From positions 124,001 to 188,000 of the forward strand of contig CAWJLW010000010.1 of NCBI GenBank assembly GCA_963843795.1: 64,000 nucleotides of DNA, given 5' to 3'. This stretch comes from an uncultured bacterium (lineage in GTDB: Bacteria > Armatimonadota > Abditibacteriia > Abditibacteriales > Abditibacteriaceae). The first letter of the stretch is position 1, and every line of letters begins with the position of its first letter. Below are positions 29,762-42,564 of this stretch, piece after piece. The position numbers and the translations under genes are program-made. The notes under the pieces were generated by a model. That model had not been told where the DNA came from, did not search any database, and worked only from the letters and a program-made list of their open reading frames with translations.

Positions 29762-31474
29762 GTGGCAACAATGGTAAACGGAGACGCGAGAATCGCGTAT
29801 TTTTCGATGGAGATTGGGTTGGAATCACATATTCCGACTTATTCGGGTGGCTTGGGTGTTCTGGCGGGCGACACGCTGAAATCGAGTTCGGATTTGGGCT
29901 TACCGATGGTAGCGGTTTCGCTGCTTTATCGTAAAGGTTATTTTCGGCAGGAAATCGACTTCGAAGGCTGGCAGAAAGAGCACGCCGTTGATTGGAATCC
30001 CGCCGATTTCATGGAGCTTTTACCGTATAAAGTCAGCGTAAAAATGGAAGGGCGTGAAGTTTGGATTCAAGCGTGGAAGTACGCGCAAATCGGCAGCGGC
30101 GGTTCAGAATTGCCAATCTATTTTCTCGACACCGACTTGCCGGAAAACCACGAGTGGGATCGAGGCATTACCTATCATTTATATGGTGGCGATGAAACCT
30201 ATCGTTTTCGTCAGGAAGTAGTGCTGGGCATTGGTGGCGCACGCATGCTGCGCGAAATGGGCGTTAATGTGCGCAAATATCACATGAACGAAGGCCATGC
30301 CGCACTTTTGACTTTGGATTTATTGCTACGCTACAAGCGTTCTTTGGATGCAGTGTGGGACGAAAAGCAAGTGTGGGACACCGAAGCGGTGAAAGATTTG
30401 TGCATCTTCACCACTCACACGCCAGTCGAAGCCGGGCACGATAAATTTTCTTATGAAATTGTGACTTCGATTCTGGGCGATTATTTTCCGTTGGAAACTC
30501 TGAAAGAAGTCGGCGGCAAAGACAAATTGAACATGAGCACGCTGGGTCTCAACCTTAGCGGCTATCATAACGGCGTGGCGAAAAAGCATGGCGAAGTGTC
30601 GCGCAATATGTTTCCCGGCTACAACATCCGCAGCGTCACCAATGGTATTCATTCCGCAACATGGACAAACAATAAATGGTCGGCGTTATATGACCATTAT
30701 ATTCCGGGTTGGCGTGACGAACCGGAACTGTTCGTGCGGGTCGATAATATTCCTAACGACAAAATTTGGGAAGTACATCAATTTAGTAAAACCGAATTAT
30801 TTGAAGAAGTGCGCAACCGGACAGGAATCGACCTTAGCCCCGATGTATTGACCATCGGTTTCGCGAGGCGCGCCACCCCCTACAAACGCGCCGATTTGCT
30901 GTTTCGCGATATGGAGCGTTTGGCCGAAATTGGCGGTGGCAAACTGCAAATCGTGTATGCTGGCAAGTCGCATCCCAAAGATGGTGGCGGCAAGGAATTA
31001 ATTCACAGCATCTTCGATTCGGCCAAAGGTTTGGCCGGTCAGATTCCCGTGGTGTATTTGCAAAACTACGAAATGGATTTGGCGCTGAAATTAGTGGCGG
31101 GCGTCGATGTGTGGCTCAATACGCCGCTGCGGCCGCGCGAAGCCAGCGGCACCAGCGGCATGAAAGCCACTCACAATGGCGTGCCGAATTTTTCGGTCTT
31201 AGACGGCTGGTGGATCGAAGGTTGGGTCGAAGGTGTGACCGGCTGGAGCATCGGTCCCGATGCCATTGAAACCAATCTGGTCGAGAATGACGAAAGCGCT
31301 GACATCGAAGATTTGTATCAAAAACTTGAACACAAACTGTTGCCGCTATATTACGCGGGCGACAATCATCGTGGCTGGATCGAAGTGATGAAAGGCGCGA
31401 TTGGCAAAAACGCTTGCTATTTCAACACGCATCGCATGATGCGCCAGTATGTCACCGAAGCGTACATTCGTTAA
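29762..31474 (+). CDS. glgP: Alpha-glucan (glycogen/maltodextrin) phosphorylase, short type
   Basis: YSGGLGVLAGD, HMNEGH, FTTHTPV, GFARRATPYKR and the PLP-lysine motif EASGTSGMK. GGAGG site before GTG. Confidence 0.95.
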   Translation: MATMVNGDARIAYFSMEIGLESHIPTYSGGLGVLAGDTLKSSSDLGLPMVAVSLLYRKGYFRQEIDFEGWQKEHAVDWNPADFMELLPYKVSVKMEGREVWIQAWKYAQIGSGGSELPIYFLDTDLPENHEWDRGITYHLYGGDETYRFRQEVVLGIGGARMLREMGVNVRKYHMNEGHAALLTLDLLLRYKRSLDAVWDEKQVWDTEAVKDLCIFTTHTPVEAGHDKFSYEIVTSILGDYFPLETLKEVGGKDKLNMSTLGLNLSGYHNGVAKKHGEVSRNMFPGYNIRSVTNGIHSATWTNNKWSALYDHYIPGWRDEPELFVRVDNIPNDKIWEVHQFSKTELFEEVRNRTGIDLSPDVLTIGFARRATPYKRADLLFRDMERLAEIGGGKLQIVYAGKSHPKDGGGKELIHSIFDSAKGLAGQIPVVYLQNYEMDLALKLVAGVDVWLNTPLRPREASGTSGMKATHNGVPNFSVLDGWWIEGWVEGVTGWSIGPDAIETNLVENDESADIEDLYQKLEHKLLPLYYAGDNHRGWIEVMKGAIGKNACYFNTHRMMRQYVTEAYIR

Positions 31475-31483
31475 ATCATCAGC

Positions 31484-31570
31484 TAAATTGGTGATGCAAG
31501 TACTTGCATCACCAATTTACCAAGTCAAAGCGCCCTACAAATACATGCGCAAGTACTTGTAGGGCGCTTT
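31484..31570. repeat. Two consecutive core-motif hairpins after glgP
   Basis: A 36-bp perfect palindrome at 31484-31519. Then aaagcgccctacaa...ttgtagggcgcttt (31527-31570) encloses two degenerate core copies. Confidence 0.85.
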
Positions 31571-31593
31571 TGTCATTTCTTTGGATAACCAGC

Positions 31594-31643
31594 AAAACGA
31601 AAAAGGCCCGCTTCTCTTTCGAGAAGCGGGCCTTTTTCGTTTT
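31594..31643. terminator. Canonical bidirectional intrinsic terminator without the core motif
   Basis: aaaacgaaaaaggcccgcttctc-tttc-gagaagcgggcctttttcgtttt: 23-bp stem with a GAAA loop on the minus strand, between convergent genes. Confidence 0.85.
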
Positions 31644-31664
31644 ATCTTTGGTTTGTTCTCAGGC

Positions 31665-34600
31665 TCACTTCGCAGTGATAGCGGCTTTGCCTTTGAGCGT
31701 GCGCCCCTGGGCGTCTTGCATGTTGTAGGTCACTTCGACTTTATCGCCAGTTTCGAGTGCATCAGCCAGCGAAATTTTGGAAGATGAACCACGATAGATG
31801 GCGCTCTCCACGTCAAGAGCGGCACCATTCACGGTGACTTGGTAATTAGCGACTTGGGCTGCGCTGGCGTTGAGCGCGCCGGTGAAATTCAAGATGACAT
31901 CGGAGGCTTTGGCTGCGCCCGACGAGTAACGCACGGGCGACAGACTTACCTGACTGGCCTGTGTGCCCGGAGCCGAACCATTGCTCGACAGGAAGACACG
32001 AATCGTGTCGCTGCGTACGCTGCTACCAGCGCGGTCGAAAGCAATCGCCTGCAGCGTGTATGTCGCGTTGAGCGGATCAGGATCAGCCGGTAAGCCACCC
32101 GAAATGTTCAACACGAAGTTGTTACCCGAAACTGTAGCGGGCACGGTAGCAAAACCATCAACGAACGTGCGGCCATTGAAATAACGGCCATCGGTGTTGC
32201 GCAGGATCACAAGCTCAACACGAGCGATACCTGAACCACCAGCGTTATCGATGGCCTGACCGCTGATTGTCGTGATATTGTCCACAACAGCGTCGTTAGT
32301 CGGATTAGTGATGGTGACGGAAGTCGGCGCCACAGTATCGACAATGAAGGTCGAAGTCGCGGTCTGACGATTGCCAGCATTATCAGCAACCGTCGCCGTA
32401 ACCTTGTAGGTGCCTGCGGGCAAAACGCCTAATGAAGCGGTCGAGAAATTGTTACCGTTGAGCGTTGCCGGCACGTTGCGCGGATTACCCGAACCACTTT
32501 GCAGTGTGACAGTGACCGAACTGATCGGGCTGCCGGTCAACGAACGCACCGAACCAGCAACATTGGTTGCCCTAGTAAGAACACTGCCATCAGCGGGCGT
32601 TGTAATCACGATGTCCAGCAAACGGTCGCTGATAGTAAAGCTCAGGCGGTCGGGCGCGCTGACATTACCAGCACGGTCGGTCGCTGTGGCTTCAACTACA
32701 TAAGTCCCAACCGGCAAGGTGCCACCGGGGATCGGTAGGCTGAACTCACCGGATGTTGCATTAAAGGTCGCGGTTAGCGCCACGCGAGTTTCGCCAAAAG
32801 TGCCGTCGGAGTTCAGGAACGTGGGCGTGGTGCCGTCGGTTTTCTGAATCACAACGCTGATGCGCGCAATACCGTTTGCGTCGGTTGCCTGACCGGTAAT
32901 CGCTCGCACATCGCCGGGACGCAGAACTCTGCCCGAAACGCCGGTGAGCGAAATAACCGGCTTGGTCAAATCGTCGTTGTCAGTGTTGACTAAAGGCACG
33001 ACTGCGGTGACATTGTTGAATGGGCCACTCGCGGTCTGTGCCAGCAAGTTGATGTTGTAGCGCTGCGAACCATCTTCAATGCTATCGTCGCGCCCTGTAA
33101 CGGTTACGGTCTGCGGAGTCGCAAAGTTGTCCGTAGTGAAGGTCAGGAAAGTCGCGTTGCCACTATTTTCGACCACACCCTCAGTGAGATCACTACTCGT
33201 GAGGCGCACCCGCACCGCAGATACCGGACGCGAGGACAAGCGCACAGAGAATTGCGTTGTTGTGCCATCTTCGCTGGTAATCGAACTGGTCGGACCTGCG
33301 ATGACCAAATTCGCGCTGTTGACATCAAGACAAACGCCACCGATGTCGGCAATAGCGCCACCGGGCAAGTTATATAAGCGATCTGCCGATTCGGCCCCAT
33401 CAGTGCGAATCAGGAAGCGCTGCGGACCATCGGCCACTCCATCTGCCACGCCATCGACCGCCACTTGAACGCCTTCGCGGAAGTTATTGCTATCCAGAAC
33501 CACGACCGACTGCGGCAGGCTGGCTTCGCTCGGATCGGAGCTGGACAGCGAGATGCGCACGGGCGCAGTTGGCTGCGAGGTCAGGCGAACCGTGAAGAAC
33601 GAACGCTGACCTTCAGTCACTCGCAATCCACTCGCAACGTTGGGGCGCACTACAATCGAACTGGCATCATTATCGGTGCTGGCCGCTTTGACATCCGACG
33701 GATTCAGACCGTTATAAGCGCGGTCGGCAGAAACTGCCGGTGCAGTAATAATGTTGTAAATCACCGTGCCATCGCGAACCGCATCGTCACGACCCGTCAC
33801 CACTACGCGTTGCGGCGTGGCGAAGTTTTGTGGTGTGAAAGTCAGGCTGGAAGTACTCAAGGAGGCTTTACGCTCATTATCCACCGATAGGCCGATCACA
33901 ACATCCGCGGTCGGTTGACTGGTTAGCCGAATCGCGAAACTGTCGCTACCGCCGTTCTCTGTCGTACGAATTCCGCGTGGCGCCACGATGAATCCAGCCA
34001 CATCGTTATCAGTGTTGGTCACCTGCACGTCAGCGGGGTCGATGGCGGCATAAGTCGCATCATCGCTGCTGGTCGTTGTGGTGATGAAGTAAGTAATCGG
34101 GCCATCAGTAATCAGGTCATCGACGCCCGTAACTGTTACGCTCTGGTCCAGCGAAAAGTTCTGCGGCGTGAAAGTTAGGGCTGTAGTAGAAAGCGTCCCT
34201 TCAGTCGTGTCACCATTAGCCAAGTTAACAATTACATTTGCGGTCGGCTGGCTGGTTAACCGCACAGTAAAGGTAGCGGTATCACCGGCTTCGCTAGTGC
34301 GCAGTTCGGTCGGCGTCACAATGATGGTAGCACTGTCGTTGTCGCTGACAGTCACTTTGACGCTGACGGTCGAAGGTGTAAAACCAGCGCGTGTAGCGCT
34401 CACAATCACCTCACGCGTACCATCTGAGACAGAATTATCGACTGGCGTCACGGCAAAGGTTACCGATTGCTGGCCAGCAGGAATCGTCACGGTTGCGGGT
34501 ACGGTAATCGAATTGGTGTCGCTACTTTGCAAAGTGACAGTTAAATCGACATCGGTCGGCGTGTTGCGCGACAGCGTGGCAGTTGTAGACGGGCCACCCT

Positions 34601-37600
34601 CGCTCAAGAGAGTAGATGCGACGGCCAAAGCCAAACGCGGGGTATCATTATCGGTGACGGTCACCGTGGCATTAGCGGGCGTAAAGCCGGTCGCGCGCGC
34701 TGTAACAACGCTGCTGCCACCGGGGCCAGCTATTTGGTCTTCGACCGCTTGCACGGGGAAAGTAACCGAAGCCGATCCGGCAGGAATCGTAACATTGGCA
34801 GGAACGCCCACCAGACTGGGATTGCTGCTGGTCAGCGACACGGCCAAAGCAGGCTTTGCCTGCGTATTGCGTGTCAACGTACCTTGCGCCGCATTACCTT
34901 CGGCGAGCGCAGCTGGCGTGATAGTCAAAACCAGAGCTGCTTGGTCATCGTCGATGATCGTGCCCAGACCAACACCATCCGCAATCGATGCCCCGTTGAC
35001 ATTGGAAAGGTTGACAGTGAATGTCTCGTTACCTTCAGCAACGACATCGCCTTTGACAACGACAGTAACTGTTTTCGAGGTTTCGCGCGGTGCAAAAGTC
35101 AGCACGTCAGTGGCGTCTACAAAATCGCTACCGGCTTCAGCAGTGCCGTTGGCTGTTTTGTAAACAACGGTGACATTTTGTAAGCTGGGTCGATTCAGGG
35201 TCACAGTGAAGACGGCATTTACGGTGCCGCTATTCCCTTCAGTGACAGTAGCGTCATTGATGGAGACCGCCGACACGTCGTCATTGTCGTTGATGGTAAC
35301 GATGGCAGGCGTGTCTAAAATCGTCGCATTGACAGCATTTGTTAAGTTGACAGCGAAGGTTTCCACTGGCTCGTTAAACGTGTCGTCAATGATGGGAATC
35401 GTAATTGTGCGTGTGTCTTGACCCACAGCAAAATCCAGAGTCCCGCTGACCGCAGAGTAATCTGTGTTTGCATTCGCAGAAATGTCTGCCGTAGCAAAAT
35501 TCACAGATACCGGCTGCGGACTGGGCGCACTTAAGGTAACCGTTACATCGACCGACCCGGCGCTTTCATTTACTGAAACATCAGCAGCCGAAATGGTGGG
35601 GCCATCGTCGTCGATAATCGTGCCGATACCTTGAGTGTTGGTAACGGTAACGTTATTGGGATTGGTCAGATTAACAGTGAACGTTTCATCGGTTTCATCA
35701 ACCGTGTCACCGGCCACTGGCACTGTGATAGTTTTGGTAGTCTCGCCAACTGCAAAGGTCAGAGTGCCACTGGTGTTCGCATAATCAGCAGGCGAAGTCG
35801 CGGTATTGTTAGCAGTAGCGTAATCAACGGTTACTGGCTGGCCGCTGGCAGGCTGCAAAGTAACAGTGAAGTTAGCGTTGGTTATTCCGCTGTCGCCTTC
35901 GGTAACGGTAGCATCACCAATGGATAATTCGGGCGCACCGTCATCATCAAGAATGGTACCGGTCGCGGTGCCCGTCCCGCTAATCATTGAACCCGCGCTG
36001 GCGCCGCTCAAAGTGACCAAGAGCGTTTCATTCGCTTCATCGACCACGTCACCAATGATCGGCACTGTAACTGTTTTGGTGGTTTCTCCAGCAGCAAAAG
36101 TGAGCTGGCCAGAAGTCGAAGTGAAATCAGAACCAGGCGTGGCCGGATTTGTAGTCCCCGCCGTGGTATTGAAGTTCACGGTGAGTGTGCGATCACTTGG
36201 AGTGGATAGTCGGACAGTAAATTGGAGCGAATTCGCATTGCCCGTGTTACCTTCCACGCCACTGACATCACCGTTGTTGGGTCCACCGAACGAGAAATTG
36301 GCCATGTCATCGTTGACAATGGTTCCAACCGCCGTGTCTTTCACAAGTACTGCCCGGACCGGAACTGGCGTCGCCGGGTTGCTGATGGTGACGGTAAAGG
36401 TTTCGTTGGCTTCCGAGATGACATCGCCAACCACAGCCACTGTAATATTGGCAGTGTTTTGTCCGGCAGGAATCGTAACTTGGCCGCTCGTTGCTTGATA
36501 ATCGCTGGGCGAGGTCGCAGTTCCGTTGGTAACGGTATAGTTCAGCACGATGTCTTGCGCATTTTGTGCGCCCGTTACACCTGCACCCAGAGTGAGAGGG
36601 AAGATGAAATTGGTCGTGCCGCTGTTGCCTTCATTCATCGTTACGTCGCCGATGCTGACGTTTTGCGCATCATCGTCGGTGATTGTGCCGATGCCTTGAG
36701 CACTTGTTACGGTTGCATTTGTGGGATTGCTCAAATTGAGGGTGAAAGTTTCGTTGGCCTCATCGATAGTATCGCCCACAACGGGAACACTGATTGTGCG
36801 AGTCGTAGTGCCCGCCACGAAAGTCAAGGTTCCCGAAGTCGTGGTGTAATCCGTGCCTGCCGTGGCCGTGCCCGGAGCGGTGCTGTAATCGACCGTGACC
36901 GTCTGGCCGCTGACCGGAGTTAAGGTGACGACAAAGTCGGCGTTAGTCGTCCCACTATCACCTTCTCGCACCGTGACATTACCGACCGATAAGCCCGGCA
37001 CGGCGTCGTCGTTGAGGATGGTTCCAATGGCCGGAGCGCCGCCGATAACAACGCCCATATCAGCACCGGTCAAAGTCACGGTAAAGGTTTCGTTGGCTTC
37101 GTTCAACAAGTCGCCGACTACAGAAACATTGATCGGTTTTGTGGTTTCGCCCGGAGCAAAGGTAATCGGTGTAACAACAGCCGAGAAGTCGGAGCCAGCA
37201 GTAGCCGTACCTGCAGTTAAGCTGTAGTTGACAGTAACCGTGCGGTCGCTGGGGTTATTCAAGTTCACATTAAATACGAAAGTCGAGTTACCACTATTAC
37301 CTTCGATTTGGCTGACGTTACCAGCCAAAGAAGCAGTGGAAGTGTCGTCGTTGTTGATAGTGCCGGTCGCCGTGTTCCGAACAATCGTGGCACGGGCCGG
37401 TACAGGTGTTGCCGGATTCGAAATCGTGACCCTAAAAGTCTCGTTCAATTCGGAGATCGTGTCTCCCTTGACGAGAATATCAAAGGTCCCTGTATTCTGA
37501 CCAGCGGGAATTACAACTGTTCCATTGGTGACCGCTTGATAATCGGCTGCCGCACCCGTGGAAACGGCTGTGCCGTCTGCAGTGCTGTAGTTGAGCGTGA

Positions 37601-40311
37601 TCGATTGAGCGTTTTGAGCAGCAGGCGTTACCGCACCGGGTGTGCCCAGACTCACCGTGAAGGTGAATCGCGTGGGATTGGTGCCGTCATTACCTTCATT
37701 CGCCGTTACGTCACTGATAAACACGCTTTGCGGATTGTTATCCACAATGGTGCCCGTGGCCTGGGCGTTGCCCAAAGTCGCGCCACCAGTAGGATTGCTC
37801 AACACCAAAGTGAAGGTTTCGTCCGGTTCGTCAGCGTTATCTGTAACAGTTGGAATAGTGACAGTGAAATCAGTTTGACCACCGGCATTGGCAGTGGCCG
37901 GAGAAAAAGTCGCCGTTTTAGTGCCGTTAGTGCCGTTATAGTCGACGCCTGGAGTTGCCGTGCCAGGTGCCGTCGGATCATCAGTCGTGTAGTCAACTGT
38001 AATAGGTTGAGTGGAAGGATTCGACAAGCGAATCGTGAACGTAATCGGACTGCCTTCGGTTGTGGACACACTCTGCACGCTAATTACAGGCTGATTGTCA
38101 TCATTGGAAATGTTGCCAATTCCGCGCGCTTTGGTAATCGGAGCAGTGGGATCTGCATTGACCGCACCAGAAAGTAGAACGGTGAAAAATTCGTCGGACT
38201 CGCGAACGGTATCGCCATTAACATTAACCGTAATGGTTTTCGTAGTTTCGCCGGGTGCAAAAACCAGAGTGCTGGCAATCTGCGGCACATAGTCAGCATT
38301 GACACCGCTGGAAATTGCCGAGTTAGGCGTTGCAGGATTACCATCGCCATCCAAAGTCTGGTAGTTGACCGAAACTTGCTGGGGACTGGCCGCACTCAGC
38401 GAAACCGTGAACGCGAATGGGGTCGCGCCGGAGTTGCCCTCAGCCTTCGAAACGTCGGTGATAGAAATGTTTGGCCCATCATCATCGATAATCGTTCCCA
38501 CAGCTTGCGTCCGGCTAATAGTTGCATTCGAAGACGGATTGGTCAGATTGACCAAAAACGTTTCATTGGTTTCGTCGATGGTGTCGCTGTTGACCAGCAC
38601 TTGAAAAATTGCCTGAGTTGTGCCGGGCGCAAAAGTCACTGTGTTGCTGGTCTGAACGTAGTCGTCGCCTTCAATAGCGCCGACGGTGCCCGTATTAGGA
38701 GCGGGACCGGCTTGTGTCGTAGCTGTTACTGTAACTGCATTCTGGCTGAGTCCAGCCAAAGTCAAACGGAACGTAATGGTGGTCTGTGTGCCACTCGGGC
38801 CGCTGCCCTCCGCAATGTTAGCATCGGCAATGGAGATAACAGATTTGTCGTCGTCCAAAATCGTGCCGATGGCCGCGCCGCCGTTGGTGAACGTCAAACC
38901 GCGCGTCACAGTTTCGGGAATGGTTACGAAGTTGCTGTACAAGTTGCCACCGTTTGGTGACAGCTGAACGCGGAAAGTTTCGTTGTCTTCGGAAAGATTG
39001 TCGCCAATCACCGGGACATTAACAAATTGCAAGGTTTGTCCAGGATTAAAAGTCAGCGTACCCGAAGTGAAATTGTAATCTGGGGTAGTGTTAGGCCCAA
39101 CGATGGCGGCGTTGGCCGTGATGTCTTGTGTAACGTAATTAATTTTGATCGTTTGTACGCTGGTGCGCGACAATTCAACACGAAAGGCCGCTGTAGTTAC
39201 CGCATTAGGCGCACCTTCTGTCACGCTCACGGGAGAGATCGTGACGTTGGGTGCATCATCGTCGAGGATGACTCCATAAGCTTGCGTACCTTGTGGATTG
39301 CTGACGTTGGTCGGACTCAGGACGCGCACGAGAAAACTCTCGTTATTTTCGTCTTCATTATCACCGTTGACAGTGAAAGGAATAGTTGTACTGTGTTGAC
39401 CAGCAGCGATTGTCGTATTACCAGTACCGCCAGCAGGGCCAGTAAAGTCAGTATTCAGCGTTGCGCTGTCTGGTGCCTGTCCGCTGGCCGTCGGGTCAAC
39501 GCCGTTGCCGCTTTGAAAGTCGTAGTTAAAGTTGATGGGCAGGTAGCTTGTAACCAACGGGCCAGGCGCACCATTTTCCAAAAGCTCTGGCTGGCGGGTA
39601 AGGCCGTTGCTTCTCACACCAGCGCTCAAAAGCTCAACTGTAAAAGTGTAGCTGGAGGTCGTACCGTTGCTGCCTTCCAAAAAGCGAGCCTCACCGTTGG
39701 GGCCGGTGTTGGGAGTGGCATCGTTGGCGCGGGTATCGCCGACGTTGACGCCGCGAATCCGAATGACCGGCGGATCATCGTCGTCCAGCAAATTGTAGGT
39801 GCTGCTGAGTACGAGCGCCATCAATAGTGGCACCGTTGGTCGCCCCCGACAAACCCACCGAGAAATTTTCTGTGGGTTCATCCGATCCATCATCAATGAT
39901 ACGCACCGTCACGGTTTGCGTCGCCGTGACGCCCGCACCAGCACCGGGGAAAGACAGTTGCACACCCAGAGAATAAAAGTCGGTGCCAGCGGTGGCCGAT
40001 CCATTGGTTGTCGCCACGTTCACGCGATACGTCTGATCAGTAGCGCCACCGATTATACCCACGGTAAAAACCGGATTTTGATTTTCAAAACCCTGCGCAT
40101 TGTTGGTTCCGGTAATAGCACCCGGATTGTTGGGAGTGATGAAAAAAGTCTGCGCCTGCGCCGTTTGCGCGCCGCACATTCCCAGCAGCACAAACGCCAA
40201 AAACGCCAGCGTTGAAACTACGCTAAGGCGTTTGGGAATGTGAAGGCGTTCGGCCCGAATTCGGTTTGTCCGGCTTTGCGACCGGCTCTGCTCTGTCAGA
40301 TCTCGTTTCAT
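31665..40311 (-). CDS. Giant secreted Calx-beta repeat adhesin-like protein (about 2880 aa), interrupted by one frameshift near 39805
   Basis: GGAG site and ATG 40311, signal peptide ending AQTAQA. A dozen or more Calx-beta units (EG..G..T...FTVTL...V.VNY.T..GTA..G.DY....GTLTFAPGETTK...V.V.GD...E.NETF.V.L...GTI.DDD), then cadherin/Ig-like and Big-like modules. The first Calx-beta unit begins in ORF 39775..40359 and ends in ORF 31665..39896. Confidence 0.88.
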
Positions 40312-40747
40312 AAATTCTCCCGCGTGAATACCAACCCTGCTTCCAACACATTGTCTCACTCGTTTTCATTCAACCTGAACCACGCAACGAATCGGTTGTT
40401 TGAACAACGTGTTTGCGCGATCACTGCGCGACTTCGGCACGGCTTAACCTGCTTTTCCCAACACACCACCATTGCAACGACTTGCGCACGCGCGGCAAGT
40501 ACTTGCAATGGCAAATTGAAAATTTGTGGATAGTTACCAAGTTCCCATCACATTAAAACGACAGGGGACGCTTCATTATACCCATTACAACCCAAATTAC
40601 AACACTGCAAACCCCAAAATAAGCGAAATTCTTCACTCGATTCCAGCGAGTGCGTCTTTCGTCGGATTCCACAGAAAAAATGTTCCCTTCACTGGAACAG
40701 CAATTTAGCCGAAAAAATCAGCCAAGCAAGGGACTTAGCCAATTTGT

Positions 40748-40797
40748 CCAAACGGCGCGCTACAAGTAGCTGCAAGTACTTGCGACACGCCGTTTGG
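40748..40797. terminator. Hairpin enclosing one exact and one degenerate core motif, after ruvA
   Basis: Arms ccaaacggcg...cgccgtttgg around tacaagtagctgcaagtacttgc. Confidence 0.5.
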
Positions 40798-40804
40798 CTA
40801 CGAT

Positions 40805-41434
40805 TTACGATTCCTGTTGCTTGCGATAAATCACGCGCACCAGAGACTCGGCATCGAGCGCGTTGGGTTCAGTGCGTAGCGCGTCGTTAACCATGCGCTC
40901 GGCTTCGGGGCGTTTGTGGCCCAGCATCACCAGCATTTGCAGCGCGTCATCGGCCACATCAGAAGCGGGCGCGTTGGCAGCGCGCGTGTCTAAATCGGCG
41001 TCTTGCATCAAAGCGAATTTGGCGATTTTTCCTTGTAATGTCGCGACTAAATCGCGCGCTTTTTGCTTGCCGACGCCGGGCAGCGATTGCAACAAAGTGG
41101 TATTGGCGGTTTCGATGGCCGTTGCCAGAGTGGAAACCGGACGCGCGAAGGTTTGCAGCGCACTTTTGGGCCCCATACGTGGCACCAGCAACAGTTTTTC
41201 GAAGAATTCACGCTGAATCGTATTTTCAAAACCTAACAGCATCGGCGTCGCGCGGTTCTGGTCGATCTGCAAATAATAGATGGTTTCCAGCGTTATCGGC
41301 TCGCCCAGCGGCGCGCTTTCGAGAGCTTTGGCGACAATGGAAGGCACGAAAACATTGTAGCCAACGCCATTGACATCAATTGTCACACTGTTTTCGTTTC
41401 GGTCGATCAGTTGGCCGCGTAAATGAGAAATCAT
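40805..41434 (-). CDS. ruvA: Holliday junction branch migration protein RuvA
   Basis: MISHLRGQL, IDVNGVGY, helix-hairpin-helix motifs VPRMGPK and LPGVGKQKA, and C-terminal DALQMLVMLGH. Confidence 0.88.
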   Translation of the reverse strand: MISHLRGQLIDRNENSVTIDVNGVGYNVFVPSIVAKALESAPLGEPITLETIYYLQIDQNRATPMLLGFENTIQREFFEKLLLVPRMGPKSALQTFARPVSTLATAIETANTTLLQSLPGVGKQKARDLVATLQGKIAKFALMQDADLDTRAANAPASDVADDALQMLVMLGHKRPEAERMVNDALRTEPNALDAESLVRVIYRKQQES

Positions 41435-41571
41435 AATTTCGGAAGGTGGAATTTAGGGGATAGGATTTAGCAAGTGAATCGAGAATGCCCGAGATGGCTT
41501 TCAAGTACTTGTAGAGCGTTTATTAACGAAGCAAGCGGTGAAGCAGCAAGTATTTTCTCACATTCCGCCTT

Positions 41572-42564
41572 CTACATTCTACTTCCGCATTCCAAAACCT
41601 GACCTTCGCGTGCGATGATGATTTCGACCTGGTCGGGTCGGCGCAGGGAAAAAGGAATCGAAGTCGCGTACTTGCGCGCATTTTCCATCAATTCTTCCAA
41701 ACGCACGTCTTTGGCGTCCGGGTCGTGGTGGAAAAGCGCCAAGCGCTTGACGTGTGCGCGGCACGCCAATTCTAAACCGACAATTGCCGAAGAATGACCC
41801 CAACTATGCTTGGCGAAACCTTCGCGCAACGAAAATTGCGCGTCGAAAATCAACAAATCGGCGTCGCAGAAAAACTCGACATAGGGACGCAGCGAAACTT
41901 CATCCAAGTCGCGGTAAGTGCTGTCCGAAGCATAAACGAAAGCCGAGTGCGGAGTTTCAAAACGATACGCGTAAGACTTGGAAGGGTGATCGAGCACAAT
42001 CGAAGAAACGCGCACGCCATCGTCGAACTGTTGCGGCGCGTCGGGCAGTTGATGAAATTCGATGCTGGCTTTCATATCGTCCCACGCCGCCGCCGGAAAA
42101 AACGGCGCGCTCTGCTGGCGCTTGAGTCGTGAATAGAGATGAGGATGGCGCGAATAAATTTCGATGCGATTGCCGCGCACATACGCCGGTTTGAAGAATG
42201 GCCAGCCTTGAATATGATCCCAGTGAAAATGCGACAAAAAAATGCGCGCACACCCCTGCCCCTGCCCGAACTCGCCCTGCATGAGATGATTGCCCAGTTC
42301 GCGCAGGCCGCTGCCCATATCAAGAATATAAAGCTCGTCGTTACGCGTCCGCATCTCGACGCATGACGTATTGGAGCCAACGGTGCCTGTCACGCTCGGC
42401 GGCAGAGCATCGAGCCAGCGCTCGACTGCAGCCTCATCGGACAAATCAAGCGCGGGCTTCGCCTCATGCAAAAGGCCCAGCGCTTGAGTCAGGCGACTGC
42501 GAATATCGACGCTGCCGATGGGCGACGGGCAAGAACCGCGCACGCCCCAGAATCGCACTTTCAT
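41572..42564 (-). CDS. MBL-fold metallo-hydrolase (RNase Z/phosphodiesterase-like)
   Basis: VRFWGVRGS, NTSCVE, SHFHWDHIQG, WGHSS and LFHHDP. Confidence 0.9.
   Translation of the reverse strand: MKVRFWGVRGSCPSPIGSVDIRSRLTQALGLLHEAKPALDLSDEAAVERWLDALPPSVTGTVGSNTSCVEMRTRNDELYILDMGSGLRELGNHLMQGEFGQGQGCARIFLSHFHWDHIQGWPFFKPAYVRGNRIEIYSRHPHLYSRLKRQQSAPFFPAAAWDDMKASIEFHQLPDAPQQFDDGVRVSSIVLDHPSKSYAYRFETPHSAFVYASDSTYRDLDEVSLRPYVEFFCDADLLIFDAQFSLREGFAKHSWGHSSAIVGLELACRAHVKRLALFHHDPDAKDVRLEELMENARKYATSIPFSLRRPDQVEIIIAREGQVLECGSRM

Noticed and set aside
31504..31787. Small intergenic ORFs sharing ASTC/CKYL/QVLA peptides (also 9341, 18888, 29437, 42596, 46864, 58492) as a peptide family
   Set aside because: The shared peptides are just translations of the DNA palindrome and hairpins. 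There is no other coding signal.
39800..39815. Phase variation or programmed frameshifting of the giant adhesin
   Set aside because: No homopolymer or frame-shifting simple repeat lies at the site (only CAGCAG), and similar single-base indels elsewhere point to sequence error.
34168..39827. Long plus-strand ORFs opposite the Calx-beta gene, and similar ones opposite other long genes
   Set aside because: They are antisense shadows of Thr/Val/Asp-rich repetitive coding sequence with no recognisable motifs.
40320..40740. Riboswitch or ncRNA in the long leader of the adhesin gene (also 46740-46970 and 25120-25380)
   Set aside because: I could not match c-di-GMP or other riboswitch consensus elements by eye. 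An Rfam/Infernal scan would be needed.
40805..41434. Stand-alone ruvA as part of the palindrome system
   Set aside because: Separation of ruvA from ruvB/ruvC is common and nothing in the sequence links it to the motif.
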